Source: Pyrinomonadaceae bacterium
GTDB taxonomy: Bacteria > Acidobacteriota > Blastocatellia > Pyrinomonadales > Pyrinomonadaceae
Length of the DNA stretch: 64,000 bases
Assembly (NCBI GenBank): GCA_963724185.1
Contig: CAVRTN010000003.1
Location: forward strand, 261,085 to 325,084
Reading direction: 5' to 3'
Program-made: the position numbers and the translations under genes
Shown: positions 9,717-20,345 of the stretch, piece by piece
Layout of the letters: each line of letters opens with the position of its first letter
Numbering within the stretch: the stretch's first letter is position 1
The notes under the pieces: generated by a model
What the model saw: the letters and a program-made list of their open reading frames with translations, nothing else
What the model was told of the DNA's origin: nothing
The model's database searches: none

Positions 9717-11123
9717 ATGTCCAAACTCGCAACGATCAAATTCGGGACCGATGGTTGGCGCGCAGTCATCGCTCGCGACTACACGTTTGCCAACCTCGAA
9801 CGCGTGGCCCAGGCGTACGCTGATTACCTGATGGGCCAGACCCAATCCCCATTCGTAGTGGTTGGTTACGATCGACGATTCCTTTCGCAGGAATTCGCTG
9901 CACGTGCCGCTGGAGTTTTAGCCGGCAACGGGATCCAGGTCACCTGTTTCAATGAAGCAGTTCCCACGCCGTTGATCTCGTGGGCGGTGAAACAACTCAA
10001 GGCTGACGGCGGAGTGGTAATTACTGCGTCGCATAATCCCGCAGACTTCAACGGCTTCAAGATCAAGGCGCCCTGGGGCGGAAGCGCGGCGCCTGAAACG
10101 ACTGCCGCGGTCGAGAAACTGGTCGATGCAACTCCGCCTCGACGCGCGACGGTTCCCAATAACAGTCATGAACGTTTGATTCCGGTCGTTGTTAGTTACC
10201 GCACTCAAATCGCTTCCTACATAGATCTCGATCGCCTACGCATAGCAAACGGAACCGTGATTGTCGACCCGATGCACGGCGCCGGCGGCAACTGGGTTGA
10301 AAGTTTCCTTACGGGCGGCAAACTAAACGTCGAAACCATTCGCGGCTCTCGCGATCCACTCTTCGGCGGAGTCAATCCCGAGCCCATCGACAGTAATCTT
10401 GGCGCATTGAAGCAGCGCGTAATTGAAACGGGCGCGCTGCTCGGTGTGGCAACTGACGGTGATGCGGATCGCGTGGGCGCAGTTAACGAGCGCGGCGAAA
10501 CAATGACGATGCACGATGTGGTGCCGTTAATTCTTCTGCATCTGATACGCAATCGGAGCATGACTGGCGGCATCGTGCGCACCTTCTCACAGTCGGTACT
10601 GTTGAAACGGATCGCTGCTGCTCACAACCTTAAGCTTCACGAAACTGCCATCGGTTTTAAGTACATTGCCGATCTGATGCTTAACGACGACATTCTGATT
10701 GGTGCGGAAGAGTCAGGGGGGATTGGTGTGAAGAATCACATCCCCGAACGCGACGGCATTCTTAATTCTCTGCTCTTTCTCGAGGCTGTTATCACCGCGG
10801 GCAAGTCGCCGTCTGAAATGCTCGGCGAACTCCACCGTGAATTTGGCGGGTTCCAATTTCGACGTAGAGACTTGCGCGTTGAAACTGCGCGGGGTCAGGC
10901 ATTGATCGAGAGCCTCGGTGCCACTACTGGAGGAACATTTGCGGGCCACGCTGTAGCCGGAGTCGAGACGCTGGATGGCACAAAACTCCTTTTCGACGAT
11001 GAATCGTGGATATTGTTTCGGCAGTCTGGAACGGAGCCAATGCTCAGAATTTATTCCGAGGCGACGAGCGTCAAAAAAGCCAACGCGCTGCTGGATGCGG
11101 GCGAAACACTGGCACGCGAGTAG
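9717..11123 (+). CDS. phosphomannomutase/phosphoglucomutase (alpha-D-phosphohexomutase)
   Basis: 468 aa with the phosphoserine loop TASHNPADFNGFK, the metal loop ATDGDADR and the sugar loop GAEESGG. Confidence 0.9.
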   Translation: MSKLATIKFGTDGWRAVIARDYTFANLERVAQAYADYLMGQTQSPFVVVGYDRRFLSQEFAARAAGVLAGNGIQVTCFNEAVPTPLISWAVKQLKADGGVVITASHNPADFNGFKIKAPWGGSAAPETTAAVEKLVDATPPRRATVPNNSHERLIPVVVSYRTQIASYIDLDRLRIANGTVIVDPMHGAGGNWVESFLTGGKLNVETIRGSRDPLFGGVNPEPIDSNLGALKQRVIETGALLGVATDGDADRVGAVNERGETMTMHDVVPLILLHLIRNRSMTGGIVRTFSQSVLLKRIAAAHNLKLHETAIGFKYIADLMLNDDILIGAEESGGIGVKNHIPERDGILNSLLFLEAVITAGKSPSEMLGELHREFGGFQFRRRDLRVETARGQALIESLGATTGGTFAGHAVAGVETLDGTKLLFDDESWILFRQSGTEPMLRIYSEATSVKKANALLDAGETLARE

Positions 11124-11157
11124 ACAATGTTTGAGCAGCGTCCTAATTTCACTTTTG

Positions 11158-11255
11158 CTCAGCGCTTCCTCGGCGGCCTCTGCGCCTCAGCCGTGAATCA
11201 CAACGTGTGAAAAGACTCACCGCAGAGGCGCAGAGGCCGCTGAGAAGGCGCGGAG
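11158..11255. repeat. REP-like hairpin (GGCCTCTGCGCCTC / 'AEAQR' family)
   Basis: The arm CGGCGGCCTCTGCGCCTCAGCCGTGAA pairs with CACCGCAGAGGCGCAGAGGCCGCTGAG. A related element lies at 16534-16630. Confidence 0.7.
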
Positions 11256-11383
11256 AATTTCGGTATGGGGCCTACAAATGATTGACGCGCGCTCGGAAAA
11301 TCGTTAAGTTTTGCCAACCCCCTACAATCAATAATCAATTTGACGCCCGTGCTGCGAGCCGGCGTCTTACGGAGGTGGTCTAA

Positions 11384-11542
11384 ATGAGTTTAGGTCTGAT
11401 CCTGGTGATTATTCTGATCATCCTTTTGTTGGGCACCGTGCCACGATGGCCGCACAGCAGAAACTGGGGCTATGGACCAAGCGGTGGGCTGGGTCTGATT
11501 CTGGTGATAATCCTGATCCTGATTTTGTTGGGAAGGATCTAA
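11384..11542 (+). CDS. DUF3309-like small membrane protein (52 aa; below the ORF-track cutoff)
   Basis: ATG at 11384, preceded by GGAGGTG. The protein is MSLGLILVIILIILLLGTVPRWPHSRNWGYGPSGGLGLILVIILILILLGRI: two hydrophobic helices flanking the W-P-x-S-R-x-W-G-Y-G-P-S-G core I recall for DUF3309. Confidence 0.6.
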   Translation: MSLGLILVIILIILLLGTVPRWPHSRNWGYGPSGGLGLILVIILILILLGRI

Positions 11543-11543
11543 G

Positions 11544-11612
11544 GTAGGACAGGCATTCCTGCCTGTCTTGCAGCTGAGCATCACGATGGACAGGCAAGAA
11601 TGCCTGTCCTAC
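11544..11612. repeat. REP-like hairpin (GTAGGACAGGCATTCCTGCCTGTC family)
   Basis: Unit 11544-11567 and unit 11589-11612 are reverse complements with 1 mismatch. Each unit is itself a small hairpin. The element lies immediately after the DUF3309 stop, so it could act as a terminator. Confidence 0.75.
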
Positions 11613-11631
11613 GTCGGACATACGCGCGCGC

Positions 11632-12465
11632 ATGCCTGAACTACCTGAAGTCGAACATGTCGTGCGCGCATTGCGTCGCTCTGTAAACGGCAGCCGCATC
11701 GTCGCCAGCGAAGTCACTCTTCCGAAGCTCGTCGCGCCTTTAGCAACCGCCGTATTTAATCGAAAACTAAAGAACGCTCGCATCTCTGCGATCAAGCGCC
11801 GCGGCAAGTACATCCTTATCAATCTCGATAATGGCCTCACCCTGGCGGTCCATCTGCGAATGACGGGGCAGTTCCTGGTGCTCAAAACAGATGATGAGCT
11901 TCCACGTCACGCTCACGCCGTTTTCTATCTTGAGGACGAGCGGCGTCTGGTGTTTCGCGATCAAAGACAGTTTGGCGTGATGAAGCTGGTGCCAAGCTCA
12001 GACATCAACGAACTGAAAGGAATCGGCGAGCTTGCGCCCGAGCCCTTCTCCGGTGACTTTAGCCTGGCTTATCTAAAAGAAACTTTGGGCCGCTCGCGGC
12101 GAACGCTCAAAACGATCCTGCTGGATCAAACAAGGGTCCTCGGCCTTGGAAACATTTATGCCGCTGAGGCTCTCTTTCGCGCGCGCATCAATCCATTCAA
12201 AATCGCGGCGGAACTATCGAGCAAACGCGTTGAGCGATTACATCAGTCGATCCGCGATGTGCTGCGCGCAGCCGTATCTGGAAATTCGTCATCTCGAATC
12301 AGCCTGGAAAATTCAGAAGGCTTTTCTTACGGCGAGGCGTTTGGAAGGGTATGGCAGGTTTACGAACGCGAAGGCGAACCATGCTTCAAATGCGGCGCGC
12401 GCATTCGTCGGCTAACGCATGGCGGAAGATCGACCTACTGGTGCCCGACTTGTCAGCGAAGATAA
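11632..12465 (+). CDS. mutM: formamidopyrimidine-DNA glycosylase
   Basis: 277 aa with the N-terminal MPELPEVE catalytic motif and a C-terminal CFKCG...CPTCQ zinc finger. Confidence 0.93.
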   Translation: MPELPEVEHVVRALRRSVNGSRIVASEVTLPKLVAPLATAVFNRKLKNARISAIKRRGKYILINLDNGLTLAVHLRMTGQFLVLKTDDELPRHAHAVFYLEDERRLVFRDQRQFGVMKLVPSSDINELKGIGELAPEPFSGDFSLAYLKETLGRSRRTLKTILLDQTRVLGLGNIYAAEALFRARINPFKIAAELSSKRVERLHQSIRDVLRAAVSGNSSSRISLENSEGFSYGEAFGRVWQVYEREGEPCFKCGARIRRLTHGGRSTYWCPTCQRR

Positions 12466-12468
12466 CTA

Positions 12469-12549
12469 TCCGCGGATTACGCCGATTACACAGATTTGGC
12501 TGAGCGCACTTGCGTTGAAAAATCTGCGTAATCTGTGGAATCTGCGGAT
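12469..12549. repeat. REP-like hairpin (AATCTGCGTAATCTGTGGA family)
   Basis: ATCCGCGGATTACGCCGATTACACAGATT (12469-12497) pairs with AATCTGCGTAATCTGTGGAATCTGCGGAT (12521-12549) as imperfect reverse complements, between the convergent mutM and DPP-IV genes. Confidence 0.6.
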
Positions 12550-12557
12550 TCTCCCTT

Positions 12558-14767
12558 TTAGAGGTTCGTTACAATGTAGTCCGTCATCATCTGGCGCATA
12601 TGCTTGAGTAGCAGCGGATCCGTTATGCCGTGGCGCGATTTCGGATAAATCATCAACTCAAACTGCTTCCCTGCCTTCTGTAACTCGTAAACAAACTGCA
12701 CAGTGTTTTGCATGTGCACGTTGTCGTCAATTGCGCCATGAATCAGCAGCAACTTGCCGTGCAGGTTCTTCGCCGCATGCACCGGAGAGCTTTTCTTATA
12801 CCCTTCCGGATTGTTTTGCGGCGTCAGCATGTATCGCTCCGTATAGATCGAATCGTAGTCGCGCCAGTCAGCGACCGTGCCGCCCGCGATTCCCACTTTG
12901 AAACTCTGGCTGTGGGTCAACGCGTAGCTGGTCATGAAGCCACCGTAACTCCATCCCCACATACCGATGCGCGTTCCGTCCACATAAGGTTTGCGTCTTG
13001 AGCCAGACTACCCCATCTTCAATATCGCGGAGTTCAAGCTCGCCAAAATTCTTATAGACTGGCCACTCCGACTCCGCGCCCTTGCCGCTGGCTGTGCGGT
13101 TGTCGCAAACCCAGACGATGTAGCCCTTCTGGGCCAGGAGCTGGTGCCACATGTAAGTGACATTGCCCCAGCCGTTTTTCACCTGCGGCGCATGTGGACC
13201 AGCATAGGTAAACTGGAGCACCGGATATTTCTTGGTCGCGTCGAAATCCGGAGGCCTGATCATCATCGCTTCCATTTCAAACCCGTCGCGCGTTTTTACG
13301 GTCATGAGTTCGGCACTGCCGAGCTTGTACTGATTCAACGCTCCCACCTTGTTTTCATCGATCACGCGCACGAGTTTCCCGTCAGCGTCATAAAGCCGCG
13401 TTTGCGTTGGCGTGTTTAGGTCGCTCCAGCTATCGATGAAATGGTTTGAAGTGGGACTGAAAGAAACGCGATGTGAACCTTCCGTGGTTGTTAGGCGGGT
13501 CAGGCCAGTGCCGTCGAGTTTCACTCGATAAGCTTGCGGCGCGATGTGACTGTTGTTCGTTCCGGTGAAATAAATGAAGCCCTTATCTTCGTCAACGCTG
13601 TCGATCGATCGCGCTTCCCACTTGCCATCGGTCACCTGCCGGACCAGGGTGCCGTTCTGAGCATAGTGGTAAATGTGACGCCATCCGTTGCGTTCGCTCT
13701 GCCAGAGAAAAGAGCCATCTTTCAACCAGGTCGGATTATCGATTACTTCAACCCAGGCTTTTGTCGTATCGCGGAAGAGCGTATTCGACTTGCCATCGCG
13801 AGGATCGGCGACATTAAGGTCAAGGAATGTTTGCTCCCGGTTCTGCGCCTTGATAGACAACCTTCTTACTGTCAGGCGACCAGGTAACGCGCACAATTAA
13901 CAAATCAGTCGGGTGATACTTAAACGTATCCACCCAACGCGTCGCACCGCCCGCAGCGTTCACCACTCCAAGTTGAACGATTGGATTTGGATCTCCCGCT
14001 TTGGGATATGGAGTAACTTCAAGTTTTTGATGGTAAGGAATGTGATCGACGACGGTAAACTCAGGCACCGGATTGTCGTCAATGCGCAGATAAGCGATCG
14101 ACGTGGAATCCGGACTCCACCAATAAGCCTCAAAGTTTCCGCGACCATAAAGCTCCTCCTGGTAAACCCAGTTGAGCCGTCCGTTCAGAATCTTTGAACT
14201 CCCGTCGCTAGTTAACCGGCGCTCCTGTCGCGTGGCAATGTCGTAAACGAAAATATTTCCACCTCGCACGAAGCCGAGCATGCGCCCGTCAGGGCTAAAC
14301 GTCTCGCCGACCTCCTCTTCCGGATCATTTGTAACGCGCAGTGCTTTGTCGCTGCCGAGCTCGTAGTAGAAGAGGTCGTTGTTCCAATTGATCAGCACCG
14401 CAGACTCACTCTTATTCAAGTCATACGAAGCACGGCTGGCCAGCCGGGTCGCATCCGCCGCGGTTATTCCGCCCAGCGCATTGAAAGCTGCCTGCATCTT
14501 CGCGGTATCAAGAAAAGCCGTGGCTTTTCCGGTAACAGCGTCAACCCTTTGCAGCCTCGGCACGTCCTTCTTCATGGGATCGTTTGCGAGCAGATAGTGC
14601 TTGCCGTCTTTGAGCCAACGAATGCTGGGCGGCGTGCCGTTGAAATTAATCCGCTTTACTGGATCGAAGATGTCGTCAATGGTCAGCAGTTTCTGCTGCG
14701 CGAAAGCGCCAGGGGCCTGAAACACAATGAGTGCCAGGATGGCCAATAAGAAGCGGCGAAGTCTCAC
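12558..14767 (-). pseudogene. dipeptidyl-peptidase IV (S9B prolyl oligopeptidase family), secreted, 2 frameshifts
   Basis: Fragments are 13820-14767 (signal peptide, DPP-IV N-terminal propeller), 12868-13896 and 12558-12983 (GWSYGG nucleophile, DDNVH, SRHGI). Confidence 0.85.
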
Positions 14768-14796
14768 GTTGATCTCCTAACAGGCAAGTATGGTTC

Positions 14797-16350
<1,554 letters not shown>

Positions 16351-16533
16351 AAGTTGTTTCCTTATTCGAAGTTTTCAGCCGAGGAGAAATGGCCGAGAAC
16401 AGATCAGGGGAGACTTGCGACCCTGCGGACCAGGACAATTGGAAGAACGCGAGCATTCAGCCAAAATTACCAAACTCTGTCAAGGCGATGGGCCGAATCG
16501 AAAGGGGCATCCATTCTTTCCTAAGCCTTCAGT

Positions 16534-16630
16534 CTCTGCGCGATCTCGGCGTTCTCTGCGCGTCGGCGGTTAACAGCTTGAAAATGCACTCAACGCAGAG
16601 ACGCTGAGAACGCGAGGATTGCGCAGAGAG
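16534..16630. repeat. REP-like hairpin ('AEAQR' family)
   Basis: CTCTGCGCGATCTCGGCGTTCTCTGCGCG pairs with CGCAGAGACGCTGAGAACGCGAGGATTGCGCAGAGAG as imperfect inverted repeats. Confidence 0.6.
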
Positions 16631-16700
16631 TTGAAATCAGGTCACGTCACTACATGGAGGCGCCGTCCTCAAGTGAAGGGGTAAATGCGACCGCACTCGC

Positions 16701-16730
16701 TTGACAGCCGTCTTTCCACGGGCGTATAAG
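16701..16730 (+). promoter_or_regulatory. candidate sigma-70 promoter
   Basis: TTGACA (16701-16706), 18 nt, TATAAG (16725-16730). Confidence 0.4.
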
Positions 16731-16736
16731 CACAAT

Positions 16737-16873
16737 GGAAAACGTGGTGAGTTAAGGCGACTTGCGGCCACGTAAAACAACCGCTAAACAGCTCGGGCAA
16801 TCCTGAAAGGACGCACCCGAACAACTTCATTGATTGATGAAGTCCCGCGCTGTTTGGCGCGGGATTTTCTTTT
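16737..16873 (+). ncRNA. candidate ~135-nt small RNA or leader (class unknown)
   Basis: It is bounded by the promoter above and an intrinsic terminator. Predicted hairpins by eye are CGTGG...CCACG (16743-16773), TCGGG-caa-TCCT-gaa-AGGA-cgca-CCCGA, and CTTCAT-tgattg-ATGAAG. There is no ORF. Confidence 0.3.
16844..16873 (+). terminator. Rho-independent terminator
   Basis: CCCGCGC-tgtttg-GCGCGGG followed by ATTTTCTTTT. Confidence 0.6.
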
Positions 16874-17018
16874 GAGCACAGCAATCAGAGATCAGCAGTC
16901 AGTAATCAGCAGATAGCAAACAGCCGATCGCTATCATGATGAACTCCGCCACGCTCCAAAGGACACACAATCCCTTCCGGCTGTCTGCTGATCACTGTTT
17001 GCTGTTGACTATCTAAAG

Positions 17019-18911
17019 ATGAAAAACTTCCGCGATGCTCTCGACTCCGACACCATCCACGTCTTCGACGGCGCGATGGGCACGATGCTCTACGCCAAGG
17101 GCGTCTACATAAATCGCTGCTACGACGAAACGAACCTGAGCAATCCGGATCTCGTCCGCGAAGTCCATTCCGAATACTGCCGCGCCGGCGCCGACATTCT
17201 CGAAACAAACACCTTCGGCGCGACCGCACCTAAGCTCGCCCAATACGGTCTTGAAGGCAAGCCTGCGTGAAATCAACATCGCCGCCGCCCGGCTGGCTCG
17301 CGAAGGCGGCGGCGATAGTTGCTACGTTGCGGGTTCGGTCGGCCCGCTCGGATCTGCGCATCGAACCTTATGGCCCAACCTCGTTTGACGAAGCGAAGGA
17401 TCTTTTCAAAGAACAAGTCGCCGCGTTGCTCGAAGGCGGCGTGGATCTTTTTTCTCTCGAGACTTTCAACGACGTTTCGGAAATGCGGCAGGCGATTCGC
17501 GCCGTCCGCGAGTTATGCGATCTTCCCATCGTCGCCCAGATGACGATTCAGACAGACGGCAACACATCGTTTGGCACGACTCCCGAACTTCTCACCACCC
17601 AACTCGATGAATGGGGCGCAGACGTCATTGGACTCAACTGCGGCGTGGGTCCGGCGATAATTCTCAGCGCCCTCGAGAAGATGCGCGCGGTGACGAAGAA
17701 GAAACTTGCCGCGCAGCCAAACGCCGGCTTGCCGCGCGACGTGCAGGGCCGGCAGTTTTATATGTGCTCGCCTGAGTACATGTCGAAGTTTGCCAAGCGG
17801 TTTATTCAGTCAGGCGCGAAGTTCATCGGCGGTTGCTGCGGCACTACGCCGGCGCACATCAAGTTGATTTCTGACGCGGTGCGCGCCGCTTCCCCGCGGG
17901 CGCAACGGTCATCGCGAGACTCCGGTCCGCTGGCCCAGGTCAGGGAGATCGTTCCGGCTGATTTCAAAGTCGTTCCGCCCGAAGAGCGTTCGGCGTGGTC
18001 GCGCAAGATTGTTAACGGCGAATTTGTAACGTCGGTTGAGGTGTTGCCGCCGAAAGGCGTTGACGCCGAGAAAACGCTGAGCTCGATTCAACTGCTCAAA
18101 GATGCCGGCGTTGATGGCGTGAACATTCCTGATGGCGCGCGCGCGCAGTCGCGCATGAGTGCGCTCGCAACGGCAGTGCTCGTCGAACGCCAGATCGGTA
18201 TCGAGTCAGTACTTCATTACTGTTGCCGCGATCGAAATCTGCTGGGGATGATGTCTGATCTTGTTCGGCGCGGCGGCGCTTGGGCTGCGCAATCTGCTTT
18301 TGATAACTGGCGACCCGCCGAAGATGGGACCGTATCCCGATGCGACCGCGGTGTTTGATATCGACGCCATCGGCCTCACCAACATGGTGAACAAGCTCAA
18401 CCACGGGCTCGACCTCGGCAACAATCCGATCGGCCAGCCGACCGCTTTCTGCATCGGCGTCGGCGTGAATCCCGGCGCGATTAATCCCGAGGAAGAGATC
18501 CGGCGCTTTGAATACAAGGTCGAAGCGGGCGCGCAGTATGCGATTACCCAACCGGTGTTTGATACGGATCAGCTGCGCGACTTCATCAAGAGCATCGAGC
18601 ACGTGAAGATTCCGATCATCGCGGGCATCTGGCCGCTCGTCTCTTATCGCAACGCCGAGTTTCTGCATAACGAAGTGCCCGGAGTGCGGGTGACGCCTTC
18701 GATTATGGAACGCATGCGCGATGCCTCGGCGATTAGCAAGGAAGCCGGACGGGATGAAGGGTTGAAGATTGCGCGCGAGTCGTTGTTGGACGTGCGCGAC
18801 ATCATTCACGGCGTCCAGGTGTCCGCGCCGTTTGGGAATGTGAAGTATGCGTTGGAAGTTTTCGACGCCCTGCCTGAGTTTGCCAAACAAAAAGAAGCCG
18901 CTACGAGCTAA
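17019..18911 (+). pseudogene. bifunctional homocysteine S-methyltransferase / 5,10-methylenetetrahydrofolate reductase (YitJ-like), 2 frameshifts
   Basis: Fragments are 17019-17270 (ADILETNTF), 17267-18358 (GLNCGVGP, GGCCGTTPAHI zinc ligands; MTHFR part EVLPPKG, LHYCCRDRN) and 18261-18911 (LLITGDPPKMG, rest of MTHFR). The span is ~630 codons. Confidence 0.85.
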
Positions 18912-19594
18912 ATCGACTGCTCTTTAGACTCACCTATTACTTGGAACTTGGCCTCACGGGGATAGTTTACGACAACCAAAAACGGGCTTTGATTTACGAG
19001 GTAAAAGCTAAAGGTGGAATTGGGCTTGCCTATGGGTTGGAGAAAATCAACTAAAACAAGACGCCGATAAGAGTAAACTGGAATGGTGTCTTTGGTCATT
19101 GAACGACCCTCATAAAAAGCTATTTCGAAATTCAGCCTCAAGTTTTTCAATGCAATCTCACCGTGGTTCGTGACGTCACAGCGCGTAACCACCTCCACGT
19201 ACTGTTTTTTCTTTTGTTCTTCAGGTGTGAAGGGCCACGAAATATCCTTCTTTCCACCGTTAGTCGTCGTGGACAACCATTGCGTGACTCCGGGGTGCAG
19301 TTGAAGGACACGCAGCGTCGAACCAGCGGCGATAGAGACTGGCAAGGCGCTGACATCATATTTCGCACTTAGCGCAACCGGTCGGGGGTCACGGATCGGG
19401 AGCGGTTTACTGATCTCTTTGTCTTGATCAAGGTAGCGCTGTAGGGTGGACGCAAGGAATACAGTGAAAAATAGTAGCGCGATACCGAGCGAGATGCGTT
19501 GAATCCAATTAAAAGCCATCGGGTTCGTAGTAAGAGTCAAAACTAACAAGGCCACGCAAACAACGAGCAAGACCTTCTCAATGAAGATGCGCAC
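18908..19594 (-). CDS. hypothetical membrane-anchored protein (2 N-terminal TM helices plus a beta-rich domain)
   Basis: An intact 228-aa ORF in a visibly AT-richer segment, with no motif I recognise. Its stop overlaps the convergent MTHFR stop by 4 nt. Confidence 0.5.
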   Translation of the reverse strand: MRIFIEKVLLVVCVALLVLTLTTNPMAFNWIQRISLGIALLFFTVFLASTLQRYLDQDKEISKPLPIRDPRPVALSAKYDVSALPVSIAAGSTLRVLQLHPGVTQWLSTTTNGGKKDISWPFTPEEQKKKQYVEVVTRCDVTNHGEIALKNLRLNFEIAFYEGRSMTKDTIPVYSYRRLVLVDFLQPIGKPNSTFSFYLVNQSPFLVVVNYPREAKFQVIGESKEQSI

Positions 19595-20222
19595 GGGTTT
19601 TTATGCCACAAACATGCGTCGGTTACGAGCGGTGTGAGAGGGTAAAGCAGGAGAATAGGGTCAATGCAATCAAGCGGTGCCCTTTCCCTTTCGACACTGC
19701 GGCTCAACAGCTAACATTAAACGCATTAAACGCATTGACACGCGTCCATCATTTTGATATTCAATCCGCGCTCAAAAAGCAGCTTTAGGACTCACGAAGT
19801 TCGATCTCCTCCGCCGCGAACCTCGATCCCAGGCCCTGAAGCCATCCAAGGGAACGCTCATTCAGCAACGATAATTGAAATTTGCTCGTTTTTGGGCGGT
19901 ATTTCCGTGTCCGTGGTCCGCCGCAGAAGTTTCCTGCTGCTTAAGGTAGCGCACCCTGAGCTCAGTAGTAGCTCTGCTGGCGCCAGTGGGCCTCATCCTG
20001 ACGCCACGGTATGAGCTACCGGCGCCAGGACACCATACCCCGCCGCCGCTGGATCGTATTATGGCCTCGATGTAACTCATCCTGAGGCCAGGGTATGACA
20101 TCGGGGAGCCAAAGTACGACCTGCGTAAGCCAAAGTTTCATCTAGTTCTCGCCCACTTTTTCACTGGGAGTGGCGGCGGACTATTCTCTCACTCCAAACA
20201 CCGCGTAGTTAGCCAGCAGTAA

Positions 20223-20308
20223 GACAGAACCGGGAGCGACAGCGACCGGGTAATTCGTGAGCCTTCAACCCTGGCGTATACCCGGTCGCTACTGCTCGCG
20301 GTTCTGTC
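20223..20308. repeat. REP-like long hairpin (GACAGAACCGnGAGC...GACCGGGTA family)
   Basis: The 30-nt arms 20223-20252 and 20279-20308 are near-perfect reverse complements, just 3' of the adhesin gene. Confidence 0.75.
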
Positions 20309-20345
20309 TTTGTCGGGGACCGCGAACGGGCGATTTTTGCCGTCG

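Noticed and set aside
16351-17018. A known SAM-I / cobalamin / THF / SAH riboswitch upstream of the homocysteine methyltransferase-MTHFR gene.
   Set aside because: I looked for the conserved cores (SAM-I AUCAAGAG…GGUGCCAAUUCC…AGAUGAG, the B12 box, the SAH GGCUCAGGA-like segments) and did not find them. I can support only a generic promoter/hairpins/terminator unit.
16669-17279. Minus-strand ORFs 16669-16884, 16906-17229 and 17013-17279 in and around the met-gene spacer.
   Set aside because: They run through REP elements, the terminator hairpin or antisense to the homocysteine methyltransferase N-terminus. They have Arg/Cys-rich composition and no RBS.
18096-18890. A 264-aa minus-strand ORF antisense to the MTHFR half of the YitJ-like gene. 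Similar antisense ORFs lie at 52665-53474 (in nuoG) and 57327-57947 (in nuoL).
   Set aside because: The plus-strand frames carry unambiguous family motifs. The antisense translations are Arg/His-rich with no motif, which is typical of shadow ORFs.
19790-20140. A degraded transposase or toxin gene on the minus strand (translations such as …IPWPQDELHRGHNTIQRRRG… and …IPWRQDEAHWRQQ…).
   Set aside because: The frames are short, stop-ridden and match no family motif I can name. The apparent similarity between the two peptides just reflects the direct DNA repeat.
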